Shown: positions 1 to 14,789 of the stretch, piece by piece | Layout: each line of letters begins with the position of its first letter | Numbering within the stretch: position 1 is the stretch's first letter | The notes under the pieces: model-generated | The model's input: only the letters and a program-made list of their open reading frames with translations | Databases searched by the model: none | What the model was told of the DNA's origin: nothing | Program-made: the position numbers and the translations under genes | DNA from: Balanoglossus misakiensis | Lineage: Eukaryota > Animalia > Hemichordata | Direction: 5' to 3' | Assembly: GCA_040954595.2 (NCBI GenBank) | Contig: CM082584.2 | Coordinates: forward strand, 8,509,146 to 8,573,145 | Length of the DNA stretch: 64,000 bases

Positions 1-1357
1 CTTTGAATAAGAGCCGCGTCTTTCATGTGAAACGGGGTTTATAATTGAAATGGACAGGGTCTTCCAAAGCAAATTGATGAATAAGACAGTGTATATAATA
101 ACAGATATTCGTGAGATTTTAGCTGGAATTTGCATAGTAGCACTACAATTGTAGGTCAACACACTGTATAACAGATTAGTATATGCAGTATAAACTGACC
201 CAAATTCATTTTGATTATCACATTAAAAATCTAAAAAATTGTGATGTTAAACGCAGAAGAGAAAAAGGATACTGAAAATAACATTTTTCATTCTGAGCTG
301 ACAATTTTCACAGCAAATTGACATTTATTCACCCGAGGTAATTTGAACCTTTTATCTGGTGTCCATGTAAGTCTTCCCTTCAAGGAAAGGCAGAACGCAG
401 TCAATGCATTTTGCTTAAAGGGCCACTCGCCGAAGAGCAGAGGATGAAAATACACGAATCCATTCACGTCTAGTAGAAAACCCTCACGGCACTATGACGT
501 TGATTAAAACTGCGAGTGATTCGTGCCAATATGGCTTTTGGAGTTTTTTTACCTCCCCGTGAAAATAGTGAGTTGTCAATGTAACTTGCGTCATGTCAGG
601 CTTGCTCAAGAAGACAAATGGATGATTTCGACTACATGTTCTCTCCATCACCCCACAGCCACAGGAGACAAAAAAACCTGCCAGTGATTTCCTGCTTTGT
701 TGCTCACACTCCAGTATTTACCTTGAAAATAGTACAATGTATACAGATTACATGCTCTAAGGTACGGTGCACCTATTTCAGGTCTTGTACTGTCCTTGAG
801 GGGTTCACACAAAAAGACCCTTTTATATACAGAGTATTTTTTTTCCACATGCAGGCGTAATTTTCTGAATAACTATAATTTTCAGATGTGTACGAATTCG
901 CCTGGAACACATCGCAATGTCCCCACAATCTCGAATAATCTGATACTTTTACAATAGCCTGAGAAATTTTCCCCGCACAGACAGTTGCAGCGTATAACAA
1001 AGTTTTACTCGTATCATAAAATGGACTTTTAAGGGCCAACTCGGCGCAGAGCCATAATGGCTCTTTCAAAGAGCTCCCCGCTTTGAAATCATGGAGATCA
1101 TTACGCACTGTGCCGTGGCTCATATATACGTCACCGCAGCGATGCTCACCCAGTTGAAATTTGCAGCAAATGCTGTCTCCACTTTGTCATATTACGCAGT
1201 CCAGGTCATCCACAATTGAACATTACACAACCTAGATGAAATAACCCCCACTGTATTGAACGATGATATGCACATCAATACAAGAACCTAGCAAGAGAGA
1301 GCAAGAGAGAGTTCTCAAATGTCCAAATTGGACGCGATATTTTCTGCCGTGGCTTAC

Positions 1358-1418
1358 CGTAGGACTGGATGACAGGCATGATTGGCTTCCCAAACTGCTG
1401 CGGCCGGAGCTTGATCAT
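1358..1418 (-). CDS. Candidate alternative first coding exon of the PI3K regulatory gene (MIKLRPQQFGKPIMPVIQSY)
   Basis: ATG with an upstream in-frame stop, 20 codons plus 1 nt, then a strong donor G|GTAAGC in phase 1, the same phase as the SH3 exon. Confidence 0.4.
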
Positions 1419-3556
1419 CACAACTGCCAGCGCTCTCTCTCCTAATCACACAATTTCACCCATTACCAAGCTTCAATTTTTTTGTCTCTCTTCAGTTCTC
1501 TTCGATTTGCGCGGAAACTACCGTCGGACGAGAGAAACCAGGCCCTGACGTGGTGGTGATGATGATGAGGCAGGCTGCTTCAATACAGATCTACAGCTGG
1601 AAGCTCCGTGTCAATTGGACCCTTTAGACTACCAATCCGGCATCACTTCCCAGGGGCCCCCTAGCTCGGCGTGAATTCTCATTTGCCAGACCCCAGAAAT
1701 AACTTTGACAGGGATATGGGCTATTATCTCCGATTTGCATAATACCGTTCCGTCTGACACATATAGCGCACACAAGGCTCACAGCAAGTTTAATTTTTAT
1801 TTTAATCAGCACTGCTCCCAAAGCTCTAGTCAGCGCAGTTCTTAAATAAAAGGCAAAAATTTGATGAAACTATCGTGCAAAGAACATTGTCATACAAGGG
1901 AACCATTTTTGAGGGTAGAAGTAGCAAGTATTTATCAAACAAAACAAAAATTACATAAAATGTACCACATCCCACAGTAACAACACTTCAACAGTCAATC
2001 ACAAATATTGAATACCTTCCAATATTTTACTTTTAAAACAAACTGGGTTACAGCAATAAAACTTCAACACCTACTCCCTTTGTATGTTAATATATACTCG
2101 ACTCCAAACAACGTTACACAATGTAATAACTCTCAGTCCACCAAAAACACCAGTGGCTGGTTTCCATGTGGACCATCTGGCCAACTGACCCTGGCCTATT
2201 AACCTACATGGTGCAGAAACACCATCCAAGGATAGCCCCGGAGTGTGAAGTGAATGGAGAGAAGGCCGGGCGTCCACAATAAAATGAACTGGAGGCTATC
2301 ACTTTTGTACCCTGCTTCTTGCCTCAATGACTTCAGTGCTTGCTGCGAGGTGCAATCGTACCCAACACTGTCGCATTTCGAATTCTGATTTCAAGCACAA
2401 TGTACCGCAGAGACCACGACAGACGTAAATACCTTCACATGATAGCAACATTGTTACTTGTGTGTCGCATACCCCTTCGACACATCTCGTTCTACGTGTT
2501 GCATTGGAAGGGTGCCATAAGATCTATGCCAATGTAGATGTGTTCTGAGACTACATCCAATCTATGTTGTTAAATACAAATATTCCCCTGCACCACATGC
2601 CAACCTTTTTTCTCTCCAAAATGTTCCTTCCACCCCCCACCCCCCCTCAGAAACCAAATGGTTCTCCCCTAATGGACAGGGCTCTTCACCCTGATGGACA
2701 CCTAAACAGACAAGTGCAGCGAGATCAAACAAACAATGTCTGGTGGGGGGGGGGAGGGTTGACTTGATTGACAGTGGCAGTGTCATACTCTGGACAATTT
2801 CTCAAAGTGAAGTGCTGTGCACCTTCCCTGCCAAACATCTCATCATCCCCGATGACTGGCCATGATTAAAGTGCCATTTCTTTCTAAACATTTCCATCTG
2901 CGAGTACTACAGCGTTGACAGATAGACGTCAACCGGCGCTGTCTGTTACTCTTTGTGGAGCGCACCGTTGATTGATGGCTCTGTGGAGATCATCCAGAAA
3001 CCCAAGCAAGCAATTTCATGGCTGTCAACACAATATCACTGATGAGTTACACTCTATTCAAGTTTGCAATTAAAGAGAAAAAAAACCCTTGCAGAAAATC
3101 ATGACATCACAGGGGTTCACATCAGACGATTCAAGTCAGCTCTGCACAGGTCCATGTGGGGTTTGGGAGGCATGCATGCTTACACCATGTTTTCAAGGAA
3201 AGCCATTTTTCCATCAAGTTACAACTGCCAATTTAACAAGCACAGAATCTTGCACTTTTACTAAATTTACATACTACTCCACGATCTAAAATCATTACAG
3301 CCTCTTGAGTTTCAGTACAGTTGCAACCTGAGCAAAATCACCAGAAGATTTTCATTGGCATTTTCACTCAAGGTATATTCATTCAGCTGCGAAGATAGCA
3401 AGGTGAGAAGAGACTAGCTGTATCCATTGGCCTTTCAAAGCTGCCAACACGTTCATTTATCACCACCTACATGGAATGTCAATACCCTGGAAAAGGTGCT
3501 TCACCCTGGCTAGGCCATTATTCCACCCTGCTGGTTCTTACACACCCAGCCTAATG

Positions 3557-5383
3557 CAGTCAGATCGCACGGCATTCATTAACATATGCAAATGAAGAAA
3601 GTACTTCAAACCATGTAGCCGTTAGAGTGGGCCCCGCTGACGGGTCGCGAAATAGGCCATTTTTTTACTCGATATTATAGAGCTGTTTTCAGGCGATGTG
3701 GATTATTTTAAGACAAAACCGTGGATTCACTTAAAGGTAGGTATACTGGATTGTTACTGAATGATTTTTTGGCAACTTCTGTCGAGTAGTTTCTTTGTAA
3801 TCACGAAATTTCTGACGACTGTGAAAAAACACATAGCGTTGACATCCTCTCGATTATTTTTAAGCTGACCGTTACACATGGATTTTACCATGAAATTTCA
3901 AACTTTTATCAAAATATAGACATCAAACTCCCTCTCTTTGAGTTTTCATTCACTTCCAAGCTTTGATAGTGACGATATGACCAGTTCAATTTTGTTTACC
4001 TTTCAACCTGTGAGCGCCATTTTGTTTATTTTTCAACCCGTGAGCGCCACTTCTTCTGCAAAATGGCGGGAGAAGACAGCATGCATGTGTACGTATAGAC
4101 GCTGGCGCAGGCTTGATCCTGGGTTTTACCAGCTGCGTAGTTTTCCCTCCTCTCTCGTGCGAAGAAATTTTGATTGCTGATATGTAATCCCGAGTTTTAC
4201 TAAACCCTAACAATTATTTTATGAAGGTTTGCCCGTCAAGGAAACTCACTTTTTTTAATTTTATTGTTCTTTCAGATTGATGAAGACTGATTTTTGTGGT
4301 GGTGGTGGTGTTGCAGTTGACTGTTTTATTTTACCTGTCTGAGTTGACAATTTATTCTGTATTTTGTTGTATTTTTAACTCTTTATCCTGTATTTTGTAG
4401 TAGTATTTTGAACACTGTTTAATAAATAAATTACTATTATTATTATTTATCGACCCAATGCAATGATGACAAATCGCTCGCCTTCAGACACAAATGTTGT
4501 ATTTATTGCATATATCATCGGCGAATAAAGGGAAGTGGTTTCGAAGTTACACTTGGCATTTTCGAAAAGTCTACTTATATCCCACGATGCGGAGAAAAAA
4601 ATATATACAAAATACGTCAGCTGAGCTCCTCACGTGCGGTAAACCTGGCATTCTGTGCATGGGTAATCAAATATTTGTTTGTAGCCCAATGTAGGCGAAC
4701 GGCGTGGAGCACCCGGGCGCGGCACTCGTGCGATTGATCGATGTTGTGTCGAAATCAGGCCAGTAATTAAGTTAAAACTTGGCTGATATGTTACCTTAGA
4801 GTGTTATACACTATCCAGTAACTTTTACTTGACAAGTGTCTTTTAGAAACTGTTTTCCCCACGATAAACGTGTCGTTTCACGAGCAATGCAACACTTCCG
4901 TATTTACAAGCCTGACATGGAGAGGTCAACGTAGGGCCTATACTTCCGGGTCATATCGTCGAACTACATCGATTATTTTTAAGCTGACCGTTACACAAGC
5001 ATTTCGAGTTAATTTCTTTTCACGGATGTTGGGACCGATATTAGACCTATCTGTCACGAAAACTTGGTTAACTTCCGAGGTCGTCTTCAAATGATTTTTG
5101 GCACGTTTGTGGACGTCTCTTCCGAGGTCACCAACATACCACCGAAAACACGCTAAAAACTACTACTATTACCGACAGATTCTCATAAAATTTACGTCTG
5201 CAGTGCAAAATAGGAATCACTTTCGAAATTTATCGAGCTAGCATGGTATTTTATTGTACCACGGAGTGTAAAAATCAAGTTGAAAATCACCTTGAAAACT
5301 GGCCTATTGCCGTCTGTTTGAAAATTAACGGTCGCTGGCTTGACGAACTTTCATATGCAAATGAGCACCGTGCGATCTGACTG
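3557..5383. mobile_element. Non-autonomous DNA transposon of about 1.8 kb, intronic
   Basis: Terminal inverted repeats CAGTCAGATCGCACGG (16 bp exact, about 32 bp imperfect) flanked by AATG on both sides. An internal direct repeat TCGATTATTTTTAAGCTGACCGTTACACA occurs at about 3850 and 4969. No transposase ORF. Confidence 0.75.
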
Positions 5384-8300
5384 AATGAATGCACGGCAGT
5401 CAAGGTCAGACATTGGCAGTTGCAAGGTCGCCGAAATTAAGAATGAGATCATTGATTGTGAAGTTTATCAACCCTACTTATGTAAATTCTCCCGAGTGTG
5501 ATCAATACCGAAAAAAGGTCATTTCTATCAGTTTTTTATTCCAGGTACTTACGACTACCACTTCATCTGGGTGGTCACAGTTCCGCAGATTGACTCAAGA
5601 GTTTCTCGACGTGATTTGCATACCATCACAGTTTGAAACAGATTCGCAGTTTCACCGTGGCAACCACGCATTTACTGAGAGTGAAAATCCCTATGTATTT
5701 TAGTGCCACAGACTGAATGCTCCACTTCTCTCAGCCAAATGAGCCAAGGCAACTACACAGTTGAACACCTAACTTCACTTCAACATGCACATAGACTTTG
5801 AATTCTGAAAGTCACACAAACTTCCAAGAAATCCCTCCAAGTATTTGCCCTTCTCCAGACTGTCTCTAACGTCTCTATAGAGACACGTTTGGCTCCTCCT
5901 AGCCTACATCATACTTGGCAACTACAAATGCATACATGTAAGATGGGAAAGCAAGTATTGCGGCCACAAGAGGGCCAGCTGGTCTTACTAAGTTTAAGCC
6001 CCTGGATTAGTGTCACTGTGAAACAAAACAAGCTGCCCAAGTTTGCACTACCTACAGCTGTATAAATGTACACGCATGTAGGATTCAAGAAAATAATGCT
6101 AAGATATGTTAATACTTTGCATATGCACTTTTAATATTAATTTATAATTAATCTTCCGAGAGTTAATATTATAATTTTCTTGAACTTCTGCCTGGAAGAA
6201 TACCCAACGGCTGTCAATTTCAGGTATAAGCTACACTCATCAATGTATTTTTTATTTCTTTATCAGCATGATTACATTTCTTGCGTGCATGCAGGATTGA
6301 TTAGATTGATATCTGCTGGGCTTGCAAAGCAGCGACAAATCTCAAGGTCGAGTTCGGCGCGTTTCATTAGTTGCAGTGGGTAGTCTCAAGTTCTAACTGC
6401 GATGAAGACAAGGGGTGTGTGGAGGTGGAAGTGGGTGGGGGGTAACATCGTCAAGTCTTCAAAGAATCAGCGCAACTGAAGCCATCCCTGGTCATTTCTA
6501 CCAACCGCAGAGGAAGTCGACGAACTCATTAAAACCCGGCGAAATGAAACCACATTCTAAGTTTGACGGGCAATGATGACTATCCACAGAATACTCATCA
6601 GGCTCAGTTCGATGCCTGCAGTTGCCATAGCAACCTTCCAGCAGACTTGACCTTGGTAAAGCAAAAAAAAAAATTTAAGCATTGTATAATGAAAATAATT
6701 TTTTTAGTTATAACAAAGCGTCAATGCAGACACAGATTGGCATATTATAACATCTGCCAGGGCTCAGTACAAGTACAATGCATGTCACAGCAGTGACTGA
6801 CTCATCCAAGGTTATTGAACTGTAGTGCGATTACCCTATTCACATGACTGGAGGGAACACTACCTTGAAATATGTGTAAAAATTTACATCTAGCACACCT
6901 AAGGAGATACATTCCAATTTTCCCGGGGCTAGCCTGCTGTTCCTAATGTGTCAGCGTGGCTTGCAAAGTGTTATTACAATCATTTGGGAATGATGACATC
7001 AATGCGTTATTTAAACTGTTCCTTTGTCTGAGTGTGCTAATGTTCATCCAACTTGCTGCTGGGGGCTGCATTGTTAGTGATCAGTGATGTGGTCGGGCAT
7101 GTGTACATGAGTGTCTGTGTGTCTATGCTTCCATTTGTGTGTACTTTACGTGCATTCATGCATGTATACATAGCAAGATAATGGTACCTAAAAACTACAA
7201 AAAACATGGATATTAAAGTATCAACACATTGCGGTCAATAACCCTTTCCAACACACCTAGGGATTAATTTGAGTTTATTAATGACAGGAAGGCAGGTGTT
7301 GCAAAAGTACTATGGCCTGCTGAGGGCATTGCCCAGCCCAGTCATTTGAACATATCTGACACTATTGTACATGTACACCTGGATGTAGAATTGCATTAGG
7401 AAGTTGTTAATTATTTACATCACATTTACAAGACAGCTTGGTGCTCGCTGATCAAGATAACATAAGAAATGATTTCTGACACCTCGTTTTTTCTATAGGC
7501 GCTGTAATTAATAGTTGGTACAGCAGTGTATCCATTACCAGGTTCAGACAGGGAAAAAATTGAGACACTATTTGCCTATGGTAAACACAGAGCATTAATC
7601 CTTTGAGTTGCGTTGTGTTCAAACACAGAATCTGTACACCTCATCTCAAGAGGGCGCTAATCAACGTGGTGTACAGTAAAACTGGGAGGAAGAAAAATAT
7701 CATTTATTTATATTTAACCTGTGGGTATGGCACCTGCTACACTCACAAGTCATTTAAATTACGTACGACCACTGGACATACTTTGACCAAGTTGGATACC
7801 AAATTGCACAGCTAAAGAGTACGTTGCCTTGAATAAAATCTAAAATTAAAAAATACAAAAGAGTAAACATATTGATAGAGAGAGAACGATGTATATGAGT
7901 TATTAGATAGTTTGTAAACTGGTTCAATTTATTTCTGGGGCAATAAACATTGAAACAAAGAAACAACTGTTGCTGGCATGGGGATATTTTTATCACTGAT
8001 GCCATTTCAACCTGCTCACCGCACGCACGTGTACAAAATTCTCTACCAGGAAGTAAATATTCCACCCCAAGTTCCCTTATAGAGACATTTATTTTAGAGG
8101 GACATATGTTGTGCACAGCTGACTTTGTTTTTCTTTTAACTGTTCTGCTGATGTTGTTTGGGTTTTATTTTGTTTGAACACTAACGGCTGAACGATAAAA
8201 AGTTGGACAAATCCAGGTATTCCATCGCGCAGGCAAATCTAAGAAGAAAGATCGGTCCTGCGTCGTTTGCGTTTTTATTTCAACCAGACCTTGTTTGGCA

Positions 8301-9269
8301 GAATAACACGTTAATTTGAACAGGATGCGGTGCATCCACATGGCTTCATACAAACAGTGGTTTTAAGCCCCACAGCACTCGACAAAGCCAACAAAAACGC
8401 TCAACATTCCTGGTCCTGACGTCACGCCAGAAAGATGATACCTGGAAAGTTCACACAAATGTCCGACTGAAAGGCAGCCCGGTACTTATCCGAGCTTAAA
8501 AGCAACAGGAAACGACTTCAATGGGTCCCACTCTGCTAAAATAACTCATTGCCATGGAAATATAAAAGACTGCAAAGGGAGGAGGTTCCCTTTCAACAGG
8601 ATCTATACAGACGCTAGGTACATGTACTATGTTGCACACCTCAAAATCTTACAATTTAACACCTGATGAAGCTACGTTTCAACTTCTCTCGTTTCATTTC
8701 ACACTCATCCATGTTTTGAAACGGATAAAAATTACCCCCATGCAAATTTTACTTGGCAAGACATTTTATACCAGTATTCAAAGGAATGGGTTTTACGTTA
8801 TGTAAACATTACATTCGCATGATCCTGATGATGCAACTGGTTGATTCAAATACGTACACATGTCACACATGCAGCCTATACAACAAGATACACCAGTACC
8901 TTTGTTGAAACACCTCAACATTCAAAATTTCCCCAGTTGTTTACATCACCATGTATCTGTCGAACACCGCCCTTTTCTATATAAATGATTTACAACAAAC
9001 GAGTGAATGCCGGCATCGTTTTTTTCTGGAAATATGGAAACACAGCTGTCACATGAGTTGGTAATAGCTAATTTTGGAACAACACACTACTAAGCATCCA
9101 GAAGGTCCTTTGTTGTAAGCATGTTAACCACCAGCTTTTCACATTTGCATGGATTACAACCCGTCTTAATTGAAATGTCCACTTTGTCTACTGATGACAA
9201 AACGATCCAGAAAAGACATGTTGGAAGAAGGCCCCCGAGGGCACTGATGTCATTCATCAAATAGTCCTG

Positions 9270-9400
9270 CTGTTTTGTTTTGCTGTGCTGTGCTGTGTTG
9301 TGTTGTGTAGTGCTGTGATGTGCTGTTGTGCTGTGTTGTGATGTGCTGTTGTGTTGTGCTGTGATGTGATGTGATGTGCTGTTGTGCATTGTTGTGTTGT
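9270..9400. repeat. Degenerate pentanucleotide microsatellite (TGTGC/TGTTG/TGTGA)n
   Basis: Directly visible; it explains the low-complexity ORFs 9090-9419 and 9257-9460. Confidence 0.92.
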
Positions 9401-12400
9401 CCAACGTGCTTGCGTACATGATGAAACTGTGAATAATCGTATAATATGTACTAAATACAAGGTTTAGTTAAACACGGATATTGTTTATCAGAGAGTCATG
9501 AAGCTTTGGGTATTACAGCTGATGTGACTGCCGAAAATAGCTGATAACAGGTTGTTCAGTGTTGGCCAACCAGCAGTGGCCGCATCAATCTTGATCAATG
9601 ATGCAATCTAATTGGTGACTGGGTAAATATGGCAGTAGCATTATGGTATAGCTTTGTCAATTTTGGAAACGACTAGGCCCGATTTCAACTACTCAACATT
9701 CTGACTACAGCCCTACTGCAAACAGTCAACCGACAATGAGAAGTATACACGTATCTTTCTGTCCAGTATTGACAGGGCTCCGAAACCCATTTTATTTTTG
9801 TGTAACAATTATGCAAATGCACGCAAGACAAAACAGCCAGCAATAAAACACAATATTTTGTAACTACCCTGGTTGAGTTCATTTCTTGGACTCGTTCCAA
9901 ATGGTTTTCCGCGCGACCCATATTGAATCTGTCAACAACATGACCCACCAAGAAAGCACAATTATTTTATTTCAATAATTATTAATGAAAACTGCCGGGA
10001 ATTTTGGGAAGTTGAACGAAATGACCACACGAAATTACATGTAGAATTAACAGCATTAAGTTTCAAATCCACTTTTCAATATTTTGATCCGCACACCAAC
10101 GACAATAGCTTGCTATGCTGAAATACTAATGTTTAGCTTCCCAAACAGCAAAATATGTTGAACACTTCTCACTGGAATATTACAATCTTCTACACACACA
10201 GTAAACAGTGCAAATTACATACTATTCAGTGATAGCTTTTGGTGAAACTGTAAGAAAAGATATAGCAGATCTGCAAAGCTGTACAATTATGCAGATCAAT
10301 AAAATCAAAATTGTACGCAAGTCCCACAATGCAGGAGGAAGAATATCAATAGTTCAGCTAGAAAAGAGCCGACAGAAATGACTGTGGTCGATGCAAAGAC
10401 ACTTCGTGTTCTCCTGTTATTTCCAAGTTCTGCATGCCATGCATTCCTGTTTTCTCTGTTAATCAGGCATGTCAACACATCCATGCCAAGATTTTTCACA
10501 AACTTTCACGGCCTGGAAGTGATTCACAGACCATTTTAAACTTTCAATTACATGTACTTTCTTTTAACATACAGGTAATGATTCATACTGTATTATTGTT
10601 GATGGTTGTGGGAAACAGGCAATCGTTTGGGAGGTGGTGGGTTATTACAAAACTGATCAACAGTCTGATGCGCTCGGGTATGAAAGCAATCTAGCGTACC
10701 AGTATTAAGCAACCACGGACCTGCTTCGTCACTTAACAAACTCTAAACATAGGAGTGGATGTCACATTGTGAAAAGTGTTACAATTATAGCCTAGGCATC
10801 CAGGTCTGTCGTCGATTCGTGCTGGTAGTGGCACTCCTCATTACAAAACTGCCCTCCTTCCAGGACCTAGTATTACAAGAGAGACAACAGGTCTATGCCT
10901 GCCTTTTATGCAACAAGAGCATACATTGTAACGTGTATCCAACAGTGAGACATGTGCTTAATACATAATATGCAGACAATGGACTCGTTTTCTGCTGGTA
11001 CACGTATTAATATACAAAACATAATGCATTCGGAATAGGATGTACATGTACACGTGTTAACAGAACGGATCTAAAGCCAGTTTCCAATGAGTTAACCTAC
11101 ATTGTACATATAGCGTGGACACAACTTCTTACAAGCATCAGTGACCTCTGACCTCTGCATCAGTGGCCTCTGACCTCTCCACCATACACCGCATGCAGTG
11201 TGAGAGGTCAACATCCTGCAGGGGTTTTCACTTGCAACCCTAAAACAACCCTAAAACCTGGTCACAGTTCTGCCAAATATGCGTGCTGACATTCACGGTG
11301 GAGGCTAAATATTATAGTCATTACAATCACCGACATTCGTGACAATGTCATCTGGGTCATGCAGGGATGACTTCTTTAAATTGTTTGTGACGTGAAAACG
11401 GCCATATCGTATTTCAATACACAGAGCCAGCGAACCTGGCTGCCCCAGTTCAAACTACTGAGTAAAATGCCTGCTCCATGTAACAGCAGAGGTCAAAGTT
11501 CAACCGATTCATTTGCTTGAAGCAAAGGATCTAAAAAGGCTTTTCATTGTACAATTCCTTGACTAACATACATTGTACAACATCTTACTCCAAGCATTCA
11601 AGCTGAGCATATCTGTCAATACTGACACAATGAAAATGTATGGTGTTTTTGCAAGTGTTCTACTTTCCCTGGACCAAAATACAAACTTACAAGTCATAAC
11701 TTAGACAGCTACATGTACTGTCTACTTTCAGGAATTCACAAATGTCGCATTTTCAAGTCAAACATGTACCAGTCCATTTGGATGGCGGCCAATACTTTAA
11801 CAGAAGTACACAGAATACAGACTGAAGCAGTCCGTGAGATAACAGTTGCTATATATAGGTTTGGGTAACTTCTATATCGGCATTACATAAATGGAAATTG
11901 GGTGCAGAAAGTACGTGAAATCTTGCTAATGGTTTGAGGGAACAGCAAGTGTACATATACATGTAGAAATAGTCGGTCACCAGTCAAAACACCCTCCCAA
12001 ACATTTATTTTACACACACTCACAAGGAGTACCACATCATGTAGGTTGCATTTCTGGGACAGACACCGAGAGGCAGAATGGAAACGAGTTCGCACAAATC
12101 TTGTCACAACCGAAATGACCCATCCCGCTGCTGCCAGTTTGAAAATGTCGGCCACCTGTACAGGAACCCTAGGCTTTATCAAGGGTCAGCATCTCAGTAC
12201 ATGTAATTCACAGGGGACAACTTCCTGGTGATATCAGTGTGTGTTTACCCCAGGTCAGTCTGTCATTTACCGATACCCCCAGACGTTGCTTGTCACAAAT
12301 GATTAACCACTGGGACACTCTGGTTCATAGGGAACTGGATCAAAAGACAGACCAGTCTAGTGTTGGTTGGATACCCCTTCCAAGGCCAGAGTCTCTCTCA

Positions 12401-14789
12401 CAAGCTCCCACCTCATCAATCATCCACCGACTTGTATGGAGACCAGTGGTCAGCTGACTGGTCATTCCAATTCTGTAGCTATCCCACAGCCATTACAGCT
12501 CACTAAAATTACAATGACGTGAAGTGTCATAAAAAAATTCCTGCACTGAAAAACAGAATTCACTCGACATCATGTGACTCTGAGGGAATATTTAAAAGAG
12601 ACTGTGAGAAATATCATGACTTTACTCAAACACTCATCAAATCTGTAGACCAGGTAACAGGCGATTCCAAAGATCATCATCAGCAAATATTTGTTGAACA
12701 GGGAACTGTCAACAGTAAATGGCAGACAGTCTATTTACAACTACACACTGAAATGCTTGTTACTTCACAAATGTCAACATATCAAAATCTGGTAGTGCAT
12801 ACCTGCAAGTGAGAAGTTGACCAAAAAAAAATCAAATAAAGTGACTGCCAGTTAAGTTAACATGTAATGATGTCGACTAGGCTCAGGCTGGCAAATTAAC
12901 AGACAGGCACAGTACATGATGACATGTATGAAAGTTTAAATATACACTGAAACCTGTCTATACAGGATACTGTCAGGAGCAGAAAAGATCTCCTTAATTA
13001 GTTAAACAGAGGTGTGCTAAATGGACAGGAAACGTATTTTTCAAATAATGATTTTTGTTGTGACAAACCTTATTTTGTCCCAATGTTGAGAAGTTTCTGG
13101 CTCCCAATTAGAAAGATGTCTGGGGGGGGGGGGGGGAGTCTTAGAAAACACACAACAGGAGTGTTGAAGAGGTTTCCAGGCAGATATTGTCAGACAGGAA
13201 ACAGTTTCAACAGAGAGACAGGGGCCGTTACTGAGGATAACAGCTTGTTCTGTGGTCAGACCAGTAAAACAGCAGATTGTGTGAAACATAGCCCCAAGAC
13301 AGACAAAGCACCAGGATGTTCACACAATAAGGTGAATGCAATTTGCCCAAGGCATTGTGCACATCTCAATATAGAAGGCTCTTTTGACACTGGTTGGATG
13401 GCCAGACACATAAGCATAGCAGTCCACATGAAAGCCTTTAGGTGTACACTGAACTTTATCACACATATATGGCTAGCTTCACAGAGTCATGTAACAGTAC
13501 AGAAATCAAGTTATTCCGGTCATATGTGTATGTGTATAAGAACTATAACATCATAATTCAGGAGTCTTTGGCACTGGTATGTGGCTGTAGTTATCCAAAT
13601 CACAGGAAAATTTAAACATAATTGTCATATGGTAACCATATTACAAGAGAATTTCATAATGAATTCAATTCAAATACTTGTTTCTGCCAGAAAAAGTTTT
13701 CACAATAAAAACTGAGTGACCTCTAACACTTGATTTAGTGCGCAATTGGTTATAGTATCTTGTAACTTTGCCACCATAACCTACAATACGTACAGCTGGG
13801 GGGGGGTCGGTGTTTCACGATCTGCAAAACCAGTTTGCACATGATAATCTGAAATTCTCACCAGATTTTAGGCTGACTTAACAATGGAAAACATGGATTT
13901 ACACCAAAGTTTGCAATTCAAAGAATCAAAGGGTCAAAAATGTTGAAAACGAGTTGAATGGGTACCCAAATGACTGAGTCTTTGTTGGTAAAGTCTGCAA
14001 ACACAATGCTGCATGGACATCCTTTTTTTCTCTGCCAGTCAGTTACTAAAAATAACTTCATTTAACAGTTGACACCACGACGTTACTCAGTGAGTCACTA
14101 CGTGCTAGATCACAGGGCATGCTTGGTTCCAGCACATAATCCGAACCGCATCACTGAATTTGTTTACCCGTTAAAAAGTGTGACCGCATGTTTGAAATTT
14201 GGGTCATAAAAACGTTTGAACATGACACAAGAAAACCTTATAACTACACCGTACCTATTAAAATCATGCACAAATCCAAAGCTAGTACTACTCTATTACA
14301 ATTTTCAAAGACTCACTGTAGTGTTTGTAACCAGGAGAATAGAGAAATGCCAAACAACAAATCCTGTTAAAAACTCGCCAGATTATTAGTAAGTCAAACA
14401 TAAGGGTAGTCAACTGTACATCAGCGCCATAAATCTTGTATGCAGAATGCGCCAGAAATCATAAAATCCATCTGTGCATGTGCTTAAGGTTTTGAATTGA
14501 CTCTGACCTGACACCATTGTGTTGCTGGTCAAAATCCATCGATCTCAATGAATGTCAAGTGAAACCTCAAATCGTGAACTTGTCCCTTGGTCTACCTGCT
14601 AGCATACACACTTAGCAGTAGTATGCTTACATTTGGCCAAAATTTGACCAAAAGCTTGAAAAGGGAAAAATAGTGTGACACTGAGTTCCTTCTTGTCGTA
14701 TATAATAATAGTAAATCTAACCACACGACGAAAAAGGAAATGGCTCAAACTCACATCATACACATCATGTACACATTTACATCCCGGAA

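Noticed and set aside
9090-9460. His/Thr/Gln-rich ORFs
   Set aside because: Translations of a pentanucleotide microsatellite.
13014-13556. 180-aa plus-strand ORF in the PI3K intron
   Set aside because: GTG start, runs through a poly-G tract, no recognisable motifs or splice support.
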